From Octopus sinensis (lineage: Eukaryota), in the NCBI RefSeq assembly GCF_006345805.1, contig NC_042998.1:198462001-198526000 (forward strand): a stretch of 64,000 nt of DNA, read 5' to 3'. Positions 37,890-50,005 of this stretch are shown in pieces. Made by a program: the position numbers and the translations under genes. The first letter of the stretch is position 1. Each line of letters starts with the position of its first letter. The notes beneath the pieces are model-generated. The model searched no databases and was not told the DNA's origin. It was given only the letters and a program-made list of their open reading frames with translations.

Positions 37890-39757
37890 TGTGTTATGCT
37901 GGGTGCAGTTGGTAGTCTGGATATCTGCACGAGGTGTAGTATAGGAGTGTGCATATGGCTCTGTGGAGCACAGGGTGGAAGATTGAGGTACAGTGTGAAA
38001 ATTTGGGTATATATAGCCAAGGGAGTAGCAGAAAAGAAGAAGTTTGCCAATGTTCAGCAATGTGAGGACCAAAGAACTGAAGTATTTCGCATTGTAAGAC
38101 AATGTGTGAGAGAAAAACACGATGTCATTGGAAAGAAATGTGTCCGCATGGATGGTGGTGCCCTTGCGTTTAATGATTCCACAAAGAAAGAGGCTTGGAA
38201 ATGCCATTATGAAAAATTGCTGAATGTAGAGAATGAATGGGAGGAGAAGAATCTACCAAATGTTGAACCAATTGGGGGACCAAATATCTGAATCGACAGT
38301 ACCCAGGTAGATAAAGCAATTAAGGATATGAAGACAGGGAAAGCACCTGGCCCATCAGGAATCACCGCGGGGATGCTTAAAATATTGGGCGGTGTAGGTT
38401 ATGGTCATGTCACCCATATTGTAAATCAGGTAGTTCATGAAGGAGTCATACCCAAGGACTGGTGTAGCAGTACCATAGTCAACTGCCACAAGGGGAAAGG
38501 TGATGCTTTAGATAGAAATAACTACAGGGGTATGAAATTATTGGATCAGATGATGAAAGTTACAGAGAGGGTCATAGCCCAACTAATTAGGGAGAGAGTT
38601 AGCCTAGATGAGATGCAGTTTGGTTTTGTGTCAGGCAGAAGCACCACTGGTGCTATATTTTTGGTAAGAAAACTGCAGGAGAAATATCTAGCCAAAGATA
38701 AACCTCTGTATTTGGTTTTTGTTGACTTGGAGAAAGCCTTTGACAGGATCCCCCGATCACTTATCTAGTAGCCAATGTGGAAATTGGGGATAGCGGAGTG
38801 GCTGGTAAGAGCTGTACAGGGATGCTGTCAGTAAGGTGAGGGTTGGCAATGAGTATAGTGAAGAATTCCGAGTAGAAGTAGGGGTTCACCAAGGATCAGT
38901 TCTCAGCCCCCTCTTATTCATTATAGTCCTCCAGGCAATAACATAGGAATTCAAGACAGGCTGCCCCTGGGAGCTCTTCTATGCTGATGACCTTGCTCTA
39001 ATAGCTGAGTCACTGCCAGAACTGGAGACAAAGTTTAGGGTGTGGAAGCAAGGTCTTGAATCGAAGGGCCTTAGGGTTAACCTAGCAAAAACCAAAGTTT
39101 TAGTAAGCTGTCGAATCACAATCCCCTTCAGGTAGATGGCCCTGCTCGATCTGTAGAAAAGGCATGGGTAGAAACTCCATACAACGTACCCGGTGTAAGC
39201 TATGCACACATAAGCAGTGCAGCAATATCAAAGGAAAGTTAACTGGGAAAATAGTTTTTGTGTGTGGCAAATGCACAGGGGCAATAAACACTGAAGATGT
39301 ACAGAAAACAGATTCCATCACATGCCAGGGGGCAAAACTAGAAGTAGCTAATAGCTTCCACTACCTAGACGACCAAGGTCTGTAATTGGGGTGATTGTTC
39401 TGAGAGTGTAGCGACTAGAGTAAGACTAGCCTGGGCAAAAGTTCAAGGAGCTCCTACCTCTGCTGGCAACTAAGGACCTTTTGCTCACTGCCATGCTACA
39501 CAACAGTGAAACATGGGCCATGAATGCTGAAGACATGCGTAGGCTTGAAAGAAATGAAGCTAGTATGATCCGCTGGGTGTGTAATGTCAGTGTGCATACA
39601 CGACAGAGTATAAGTGGCCTGAGAGAAAAGTTGGGCATAAGAAGCATCAAATGTGGTGTGCAAGAGAGGCAACTGCACTGGTATAGTCATGTGTTACATA
39701 TGAATGAAGACAGCTGTGTGAGGAAGTGGCATTCCCTAACTGTAGAAGGAACCTGTG
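37890..39757 (+). mobile_element. Decayed RTE-clade LINE (RT region) inside the PLD6 intron
   Basis: Broken ORFs contain GKAPGPSGI, NYRGMKLL, QFGFVSGRST, FVDLEKAFD, GVHQGSVLSP and YADD (38980-38991), then RLERNEASMIRW and QLHWYSHV. Multiple stops and frameshifts. Confidence 0.92.
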
Positions 39758-42374
39758 CTCATACCACTCTTGCTTCACATCATCTTTGCTGCCACCTATT
39801 ACCTCTCAGACTCGTACCTATCTTTCCCCCACTTCTCTTCTAACTGATATTTATGATTGACTCCTGCCCCCACCTGTGTTCACCACTCATTACATTTCCC
39901 TCTATATCTTTATTCATCTTCCTGTAACTTGAGGCTATGCCCTAACACATTTTCACCACCATCCTCTTCCTCTGCCAAATGAGATAACCGTGTATTCCCC
40001 ACAGCAAGACACCTATTTCTTTATTACCCTCAAGGGGCTAAACACAGAGAGGACAAACAAGGACAGACAAACGGATTGAGTCGATTATATTGACCCCAAT
40101 GCGTAACTGGTACTTATTTAATCGACCCCGAAAGGATGAAAGGCAAAGTCGACCTCGGCGGAATTTGAACTCAGAACGTAAAGACAGACGAAATACCTAT
40201 TTCTTTACTACCCACAAGGAGCTAAACAGAGAGTGGACAAACAAGGATATACAAACGGATTAAGTCAATTATATTGACCTCAGTGCGTAACTGGTACTTA
40301 TTTAATCAACCCCGAAAGGATGAAAGGCAAAGTCGACCTCAGCGGAATTTGAACTCAGAACGTAGTGGTAGACGAAATACCGCTAAGCATTTCGCCTGGC
40401 GTGCTAACGGTTCTGCCAGCTCGCCGCCTTGCTCTTGTCCTCCTATCATACTTTAACCTCTTAATCACTTGGCAAAAAAGGCCACTTCCCTCAATATTAC
40501 CCCTGCTCCTCAGTTAAGAGTTCTTGCCTTGCAAGCTTCTTCATAACTTCAGTAGTGCTGATACTATGTCAAAAGTGCCAAGTACACTCTGATGTTAGGA
40601 AGGGTATCAAGCCATAGAAACTATGCCAAAGCAGACCTTGGTGCCCGATGCAGTCTTCTGACCTGCTAGCACCTGTTGACCCATTCAATCTATGAACCGA
40701 TGGGAAACCGACATTAACTGATTGACATCATCAGTTAATGTCTGTTTGCTATGACGATGAGGGTATGGTGTTAAATAGTTATTTCTCCTTTGCTTTCTTT
40801 CTTTCTTTGTTTTTTTTTTTCAAATTATAACTGCTATGGTGTGATTGAAGCTGATAATTGGTATTTATGTTTTATACAATAAATCAATGAAAGAAATTAC
40901 TCAGACACTAATCTTGTGAAAAACAATTAAGGTAGTATTAATGTATTTAATGCTAATCATTAAAAAGCTAATTAAAAATAATTACGACTTGAGATTTTAG
41001 TGTGGTTTTTTTCATCATCATCATCATCGTTTAACGTCCATCTCCCATGCTAGCATGGGTTGGACGGTTCGACCGGGGTCTGGGAAGCCAGGAGGCTGCA
41101 CCAGGCTCCAGTCTGATTTGGCAGAGTTTCTACAGCTGGATGCCCTTCCTAATGCCAACCACTCCATGCGTGTAGTGGGTGCTTTTTACGTGCCACCAGC
41201 ACAGGGGCCATGCGAGGCTGGCAATGGCCATGATCGGTTGGTGCTTCTTACGTGCCACTGGCACAGAAGCCAGTCAAGGTAGCGCTGGCATCGGCCATGT
41301 TCGGATGGCGCTTTTTACGTGCCACCAGCACAGGTATCACAACTACAATTTCAATCGATTTTTTATGTTGATGTACTTGACTCAAAAGGTCTCCTCAAGC
41401 ACAGGGTCGAAACGGTGTTTCTTTACAATTCATCATTGGTAGTGCCCTGTATTATGAAGGTTGTGTGTGAAGGTGAGAATGACCATGCTAATATTTTTAT
41501 AAGTTTCCATAATTTTTATTACCCAGAACATTTGCATTTACATATATACAACAATAAAACAATATACATGAGAGGGTGAATGTGATAATTAAAAGTTTTT
41601 ATTCTATTAAATATTCTAGTTATTTATTTGAAAATTATTAGGCGCTTACCAACCACATGGTTCCAGGCTTAGTTCCACTGAGTGGCACCTTGGGCAAGTG
41701 TCTTCTACTATAGCCTTGGGTTGACCAAAGCCTCGTGAGTGGATTTGGTAGACAGAAACTGAAAGAAGCCCATCTTATATATGTGTTTATGTGTCTGTTT
41801 GTCCCCCCCAACATTGCTTGACAACTGATGCTGGTGTGTTTTTGCCAGGGATGTAGCCAGCCCACTTATGCATACCTTTCCTTCTTTGGACACAAAACTC
41901 TGTTTGCAAAGACCTGGTAAGGCAAGTACATCAACATCAAAAATCAATGGAAATTGTAGTTGTGATCCCTGTGCTGGAGGCATGTAAAAAGCACCATCCG
42001 AACGTGGCCGATGCCAGCGCCGCCTTGACTGGCTTCTGTGCTGGTGGCATGTAAAAAGCACCAAGCGATTGTGGCCGTTGCCAGCCTTGCCTGGCACGTA
42101 AAAAGCACCCACTACACTCATGGAGTGGTTGGCGTTAGAAAGAGCATCCAGCTGTAGAAACTCTGCCAGATTAGACTGGAGCCTGGTGCAGCCTCCTGGC
42201 TTCCTAGACCCTGGTCGAACTGTCCAACCTATGCTAGCATGGAAAGCAGACGTTAAACGATGATGATGATGATGAGAGTATTGGTGTATTTCAGAGACAC
42301 TCAGGGATGCCATTTGTATTTTATGATTTTAAATTTTTATTGTGTACTTAATGTGTTTATTTTTATATTTTCAG

Positions 42375-42634
42375 ATATTCCAGTACGTACCGACCACTCA
42401 TCGTCATTCATGCATCATAAATTCACAGTTATTGACCGAAAGATTGTAATTCATGGCTCCTTTAACTGGACTTTCAGTGCCATCAACGGTAACCTGGAGA
42501 ATGTACTGATAACCAATGATTCAGACATTGCACAAAATTTTCAAAGAGAATTTGATTTACTTTGGACCAAGTTTGACATGACAGCCAATAACCAGAAACA
42601 TACAAATGGTTGTATAAAGCATATAAAACTTTGA
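42375..42634 (+). CDS. PLD6: PLD6/Zucchini exon 2 with the single HKD catalytic motif
   Basis: Pyrimidine tract and TTTCAG acceptor at 42374. The phase-1 join gives ...RAH-N-IPVRTDHSSSFMHHKFTVIDRKIVIHGSFNWT...ENVLIT...FDLLW, ending at TGA 42632-42634. 460+260 = 720 nt = 239 aa plus stop. Confidence 0.95.
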
Positions 42635-43599
42635 TTGTAGAGCATTAATAGATATATATATGTCATCTAGATTTTTCAAATTTATTTTTCAAAAATGATC
42701 TTTCCTATCATAGTTAATTCCTCAGCTGGAATCATATCACTCAGTGCTCAACGATGATATTACAGCTTAAGTCTTGTTCACCTTGCAAGTAGGCTGTCGG
42801 TTTTGGCTTATGTTACCGTGGCTTATAACAACAACTTTTCTATGGGAGAGATTATTTTGTTTTTTAAAGAATTACCATAGAAGTGACTGTACTATAGAGA
42901 TTCAGTCTTCTGCCATATTACAAAAGAGCTTTGTCTTAAGATCTGAACCTTTTAAATTATTTTCTTTATCAGACACTGATCATTGAGAAACCTGTGAACC
43001 GACTTAACATCTGTTCACTTAAAATGCACAGCAGAAAGCATTATGGTGCTGCAAAATTAACTGTGAATAGAACCCAAGGCTTCTTTGAAGAGTTGTATAT
43101 TGATGGGGTAGTATGGACTATTGATAGGATACAATAGACTGATTATAATTTGAATTTGAAATGTTAATCTAGCAAACACCACTATTTTCTGACTATTTAA
43201 CACACACACACACACACATATAATATATATATATAGGTGAGAGAGTTGGTGTGTGAAAGCACGTAGTTGGATGTATAAAAAATAGAAAAGAATGAAAAAA
43301 CTACAGAAGACTTGTGTTATAATGTTAAAGAATATATTTAAGTCGTTATCTTAGAAAAATGTTAGAAAATTTTGTGTATAGTAACATAGTTTTTGGGGAA
43401 ATAACCTGTTTCGTGTATTTGTTTCAAATTTCTTTACCTATATCGTGTCATGTCTTCATAATGAAATTTGAAAAGAATATACGAAACCGGTTATTTCTCC
43501 AAAAACTATGTTACTATACACAAAATTTTCTAACATTTTTTCTAACATAACGACTTAAATATATTCTTTAACCTTATAACACAAGCCTTCTGTAGTTTT

Positions 43600-43678
<79 letters not shown>

Positions 43679-43725
43679 TAAATGAAAGAATGGAGTCGAA
43701 CGAAGATTTTAACAAAATTCCTTTA

Positions 43726-43808
43726 CTCTCAACACATGTTTCGAAGACTGCATACTCTTAATTCCGAAGGAATAAAGGGTGCATTATGCCGTCTTCTCAT
43801 CAGGAAAG
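43726..43808 (-). ncRNA. Type-I hammerhead ribozyme motif
   Basis: Stem I CTTTC/GAGAG, core CTGATGA, stem II GAAGACgGCATA/TATGCaGTCTTC with canonical G10.1-C11.1, GAAAC-ATGT-GTT. Confidence 0.72.
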
Positions 43809-44169
43809 ACAAGGAACCTCTATCAGTCTCAAGACGAACAAAAACTTTTTGATGACTGCCTACATGGTGTCCTAGGTATCGATTAACCGAATTATCAATA
43901 CTAGGATAATTCATTCACCTACTTCTATATATATATATATATATATATATACATACATACATATAATGTTATATAATACCTCTTGTTCAGATTCAACATC
44001 TTTACTTATCACAGAAATCTTGGCTTTAGTTGTAAATACAGATGTTGGAGTGGAACAACATATATTATATAATGCTATGCATCTGGAATGAGGAAACTGT
44101 ATGTATTGTTTTCTAACATATTACATACCCTAATTTAATTTGAGGGCTTTAATTTTTGTTCATATCATC

Positions 44170-44207
<38 letters not shown>

Positions 44208-44224
44208 GTGTATATAAATATTTA

Positions 44225-45103
44225 CAGGGTGGCCCAAAAGTCACTGAAAGGTTTTAATTTTTAATAACTCCCTTATTTTTACAAATCGGTGCATGAAATT
44301 TTAATTCAATATAGAGGAGACAGTGAAGATTATTTTGCGTTACTCCTTTTTCATTATACCTCTGCATTATGTATGAAAAATGGCACCTTTTAAATGGATT
44401 CAGACATTTTCAGTTTCACACATCCTTACCCTTTCCAAAATATGTTCCATGACAGTTCTTAAGGGTTTCAGGGTTCAGTTCCCTGATCCCTCTAGTGATA
44501 TTCTCCTTCAATTGCTCTAGGATTTCTGGTTTGTTAACATAAACCTTGAAACACCCCAACTTCTCCTTGAAGTACCCCAACAAGAAAAAATCAGGACTGG
44601 TCAAGTGTGGGGAATGTGATGGCCAGTGGACATCACAGTAGCAAGATATGATTCTTCAAAACATTGCCTCAGCAACTGTATTGTCCATCTTCCAGTATGA
44701 ACAGTTGCCCTATCTTGCTGGAACCACATACTGGGCCTATTTTGAATGGCTGGGCACAAAAAGTCCTTGATCATGGACCTGTACTGCTCACCAGTCACAG
44801 TGACAGCATTCCCCGTCATCGTCCTCAAAGAAATAGGGCCTGATATCTCATCCGCCACAATTGCAAACCATACTGTACACTTTACGGGGTGCAATTCTCT
44901 TTGGTGCTCTCTGGGTTTCAATAATAGAACCCTGATTTTGGTAGAACAATTTCACCACCTGGGTGTGTTGTGCAGTACCATGTTTTTTCATAATTAATTT
45001 CCAGGAGATCTCGTTCATAAAATCCCTGAAAAGAAAAGAAAAAGGTAGAAAAAAAAAGGAATTATCAAAGATTGCAACTCCTCAATGACTTTTGGGCCAC
45101 ATC
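44225..45103 (-). mobile_element. Internally deleted Tc1/mariner-superfamily element with both TIRs
   Basis: TA|CAGGGTGGCCCAAAAGTCACT at 44225 and its degenerate complement at about 45084-45100. Minus-strand relics include HPVKCTVW, WFQQDRAT.HT and SPDFFLLGYFKEK...VYVNKP. Confidence 0.85.
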
Positions 45104-45110
45104 TACCTAC

Positions 45111-45161
<51 letters not shown>

Positions 45162-45315
45162 CCTACCCACCTACCTATCTATCTATATATATATATAGAT
45201 AGTTAAACGACAATGATGATTATGATGATATATAAGGGGAAAAAGAACAACAAAAAACAAAGGTAGGACAAGTATCTCAAACCATATAGAATAATTCAAT
45301 GAGGGTATATTTAAA

Positions 45316-45391
45316 GCCTTACAGCTGTTTCTGGGATATCCCAAGTGATAGGCTAGCATGTTTGTACACTGGGTATTTCATCATCAGAGAC
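45316..45391 (-). ncRNA. Type-I hammerhead ribozyme motif
   Basis: Stem I GTCT/AGGC, core CTGATGA, stem II closed by TG/CA with an extended imperfect helix, GAAAC-AGCT-GTA. Confidence 0.62.
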
Positions 45392-45609
45392 AAGGTAAGT
45401 ATGTATGAAAGTTCTAGACTGGGAAATCCACAGTTTACAAGGAATAAAATATAAGAATAAGAAGTAAAGTAGATAGAAAAACACAAACAGGAGAATAAAG
45501 TTCACAGCTCATCTTTTTCCAGAGGGTATGGAGGCTGGTCCGTACTTCCGTGAAGGTATAGGTCCTTTAGATCACTAGTGAATTAAATCCCTCATATCCT
45601 TTATATACA

Positions 45610-45645
<36 letters not shown>

Positions 45646-45829
45646 TATATAGACACACACACGCACGTTTGGATGTACAAACAGGAGAAAGAGTACTTGG
45701 TTTATTTATTAAAAATCCTCCAGTTTATTTCTTCATTCAATTCTGAACATTCATTCTGTTTTATGGGATCCTTCAAGTGGTAAAAAGGATCATGTATATG
45801 AAGAAACTGTAAGAAACTCTGTGTGTGTT

Positions 45830-45864
<35 letters not shown>

Positions 45865-45868
<4 letters not shown>

Positions 45869-47027
45869 AGTGAGAGTTTACGAAAAAAACAAAAGACGAA
45901 GACAGGTGGTGTACAAAACAAACAGATGTATTAGTATAACGCTCAGGAATAGAAAAAGTCTTTTATGTTTCGAGCCAAAGTCTTTTATGTTTCGAGCCTA
46001 TGCTCTTCTACAGAAAGGGACACAGAAGAAAAAAAATATATAATATATATATATGCAGGCATGGCCGAATAGTTAAGAATTTTGTTTTGCAGTCATGCTG
46101 TGCAGTGTTTGATCCCTTAATATGGTGTGTTGGTCTTGTGTCAGTTACCTTATGTAACCTTGGGTGGAGGAATGCCTTGTGGATGAATTTGGGGGTGACA
46201 GAAACTTTTTAGAAGCCTCGAAGATAAGCTGTGTCAGTTATTTCAAAAAGGCTGATCAGCCTTGTCACACGTTCTTTATGAAAATTATCAAAAGGATTAA
46301 GAGTCTGTGAAATGCTCAGAGTCACTTCTATTATGCCAGGTGAATGTGTTGGCTGTTGTATAGATTGGACAACTGCAACACTTATCTTCAAACGGACATT
46401 CATTTGCACACACAAACATTTCATATACATATATATATATATAATATATATATATATAATATATATATATGTATAGTGAGAGTTTACGAAAAAAACAAAA
46501 GACGAAGACAGGTGGTGTACAAAACAAACAGATGTATTAGTATAACGCTCAGGAATAGAAAAAGTCTTTTATGTTTCGAGCCAAAGTCTTTTATGTTTCG
46601 AGCCTATGCTCTTCTACAGAAAGGGACACAGAAGAAAAAAAATATATAATATATATATATGCAGGCATGGCCGAATAGTTAAGAATTTTGTTTTGCAGTC
46701 ATGCTGTGCAGTGTTTGATCCCTTAATATGGTGTGTTGGTCTTGTGTCAGTTACCTTATGTAACCTTGGGTGGAGGAATGCCTTGTGGATGAATTGGGGG
46801 TGACAGAAACTTTTTAGAAGCCTCGAAGATAAGCTGTGTCAGTTATTTCAAAAAGGCTGATCAGCCTTGTCACACGTTCTTTATGAAAATTATCAAAAGG
46901 ATTAAGAGTCTGTGAAATGCTCAGAGTCACTTCTATTATGCCAGGTGAATGTGTTGGCTGTTGTATAGATTGGACAACTGCAACACTTATCTTCAAACGG
47001 ACATTCATTTGCACACACAAACATTTC

Positions 47028-47040
<13 letters not shown>
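45865..47040. repeat. Tandem duplication, unit about 606 bp, bounded by (TA)n
   Basis: Duplicate ORF translations at offsets of 605-606 bp; near-identical sequence. Confidence 0.92.
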
Positions 47041-47071
<31 letters not shown>

Positions 47072-49254
47072 TTATAAATAAGGATAATTTCGATATTTAA
47101 ATATCGGTCTTATCAAGTGGCCAGCATGGGAATAAATACCGTACAAAGGTAATGATTTTATTTAAAAGTATAAATAAGGGTATTGGAGAGATACCACCAT
47201 GCCGAAATAGCAGTCAAAACCCTGACTCTAAAAAACCACCTCTCTGTCTTATCTCATGGTGCGATATGGACATTTAAGGTGGGTTTTTAGAGTCAGGGTT
47301 TTGACTGCTATTTCGGCATGGTGGTATCTCTCAGATACCCTTATTTATAGTTTTTATATATATATATATATATATATACTTTATTTAAAAGCAGCAGAAA
47401 TATAACAAAAGCTGTTACTTGGAGTTTCACATTTCCGTTCGTTGGACAGTTTTGTTAAAATAGAACCGAAATAACAATTTGATCAAATATATATATATAT
47501 ACATACACACACACATACTATGTACACTCTGTATATTTACACATGTATAATTTTAGTTCTTTGTAAATTTTTATTATTATTCAAAATATGTTTGATATTT
47601 TTACAGAATTTTACTAAAACTGATTTCTGCAGAGAGAAACCCTCACCAAATACAACCCTTTCCATATAAAGACCTGTAGAATCCCCTATAACCTGACCTA
47701 ACCCAAAGTAGGTTAGTTGCTGCAATTACCTTAATTGGCTTACTTAAGCAGTTACATTGTGTTTAACCACGAGCCTTGTCATTGCTTTAGAGTTTGGTGA
47801 TATTATAGTGTTTTAGTGTATCACCATAGCCTAGGGTATAAAATCTTGCCCTTATCTCAGAGAGATTTTTTTTTTTTCCATTGATAAAAAGATATTTTGT
47901 ACATGTATACAGATTTGGACCAAAATGCAGCTAAATTTTTGTAACTATCAATAATGTTATTGTTGTTCTTAACTAAAAGAAAATATTATTATTATCTAAA
48001 ATAGTTTTCATGTTTTGTCGATTTAAAAAAAAAAAAATTTGTTTGTATATTGTCGTCTACAAAATCTTTCCTGCCATGCCAACACAAAGAAAAAGAAGAA
48101 ATGCTAATATGATGATGATGATGATGATGATTGTGAAAGTGGCTGTAAGATTATGGAGTTTATCTTCTGACTTGGAGATCATGAATTCAAATCTTGCTGA
48201 TTGGTCGGACACTTTTAGAGAACACTAGCAGAATCGCCCAGCATTGCTCAGGCTTGTTTTCTTTGCGACCCTTTAGAATTGGAATTTTTGAAAAGTAAAA
48301 ATTTTGCATTATGTAGCTTGTTATTCTCTTTAAGTGAACATTTCTCTGGTTGAAATATACCGAATAATGGCCACACAGCAGTCAAAAAATCGGGATTTTC
48401 ATAGAAAAAAAGTACCCTTTTGATGTAAATAATTTTTGGTGTTAACATGGTCCAATTTGAATTTTTTCTTCTTGATCTGGTGGAGTTTCTACAGCTGGAT
48501 GCCCTTCTTAACGCCAACCACCCTGAGAGTGTAGTGGGTGCTTTTACATGCCACCGGCACAGGGCCAGTCAGGCGGTACTGGCAATGATCTCGCTCGAAT
48601 CTTTTACACATGCCACCAGCACAGGTACCAGTAAGGTGATGCTGGTAACGATCATGCTTGAATGTTGCCTTTTAAGTGCCACTGGCACTGAAGCCGGTTA
48701 GCCGCTCTGTCAATGATCACACTCGTATGGTGCTCTTTGCACCCAGCTAGCACGGACGCCGAAGAAATATAACATTAAATCCACTTGACAGTTCTTCCTC
48801 TTTACAGTGACTTGTCAGAATATATGTTCTTGGAATTCCTTTTCCACCTTTTTCTTTTTCTGATGATTATAAAAAAGATAATAATTATTATTTTTATTAT
48901 TACTGTTTCTGTTAAAAGGATTGTGGGTTGCCAGAATTGTGTTGGAGAAAATGCCTTTTGACATGTTTCCCATGCTAGTGCCATGTAAAAAGGACCCGGT
49001 ACACTCTGTAAAATGGTTGACATTAAGAAGGGCATCCAACTGTAGAATACAATTGGAGTCTGGTGCAGCTTTCTAGTTTGCCAGCTCCTATCAAACTGTC
49101 CAGCCCATGCCAGCATGGAAAATGGACATTAAATGATGATGATGATGATGATGATGACTTCACATTCTGAATTCCAATTCTGCCAAGGTCACCTTTGTTT
49201 TTCCCTTCTGAGGTGAAGAAAACTAAGTAATGGTGTTGATTTATATGACTGGTA

Positions 49255-49639
49255 TCTCTCTCTATATAAACGGCAGTTTGTCTGTGCGTTTTCTGTGTGT
49301 CTGTTTTCTCGTACCCTCACTCTGACCACGGCTTTCAACCGATTCTGATGAAACTTGACACAGACATAGCCCAATGTCATAATTCAATACTAACGCAGCG
49401 AAAATTTTGAAAAGTTCCCCCAGTTCTGAAAAAAATCGATAAATTCGACATGGGGTCGAGAATCAGAAACCCAAACCTCAGACCGTCTAGGGGACGCAAC
49501 TCCACCTTTTTTAACTCTCAAAAAAAATTTACCATCATTTTTTTCCCATTTTTTGGCTATTTTTTGGCTATAACTCTCTAAAAATGCTTTATAGTTATTT
49601 CCCTTACAAACCTGAGCAACGCCGGGCGATACTGCTAGT
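49255..49639 (+). mobile_element. Helentron/DINE-1-like non-autonomous element
   Basis: 5' TCTCTATATAAA with GTCT-like repeats, and a 3' hairpin CCTGAGCAACGCCGGG followed by CTAGT. Confidence 0.7.
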
Positions 49640-49786
49640 CTTCTCCTAAACTTATGGTTTTGTATCTAAGAAATTATCATTATGAGAGTGGTGGACTGGT
49701 AGAAATAGTAGTGTCAGATAAAATGTCCTGCAGCTTTTTTTTTTTCCACATTGAGTTGTATTGTTACTCAGGGTAGGGCCACTTAA

Positions 49787-50005
49787 CCCTTTAGTATTTA
49801 AACTAGCCATATTCGGCCAAAATATTTAATCTGTTTTATGCTCAAACTGACCAGATCCAGGCTCTCGCACCTACCCTACAATGTTATTCTACATTAAGTA
49901 ATTACACCATCAAGATCTTGAAGATATGAGATAATGCATGATTAATTCAAATCAATGGGAATCAACAGGCATTATGTTTGATTGAATAATCTGAACACTA
50001 AAGGG
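49787..50005. mobile_element. piggyBac-type MITE
   Basis: TTAA|CCCTTTAG ... CTAAAGGG|TTAA. A degenerate inverted copy lies at about 15597-16100. Confidence 0.85.

Noticed and set aside
41708-42313. 201-aa minus-strand ORF antisense to the PLD6 intron end
   Set aside because: Made of SINE D and SINE A sequence; similar peptides recur at every copy.
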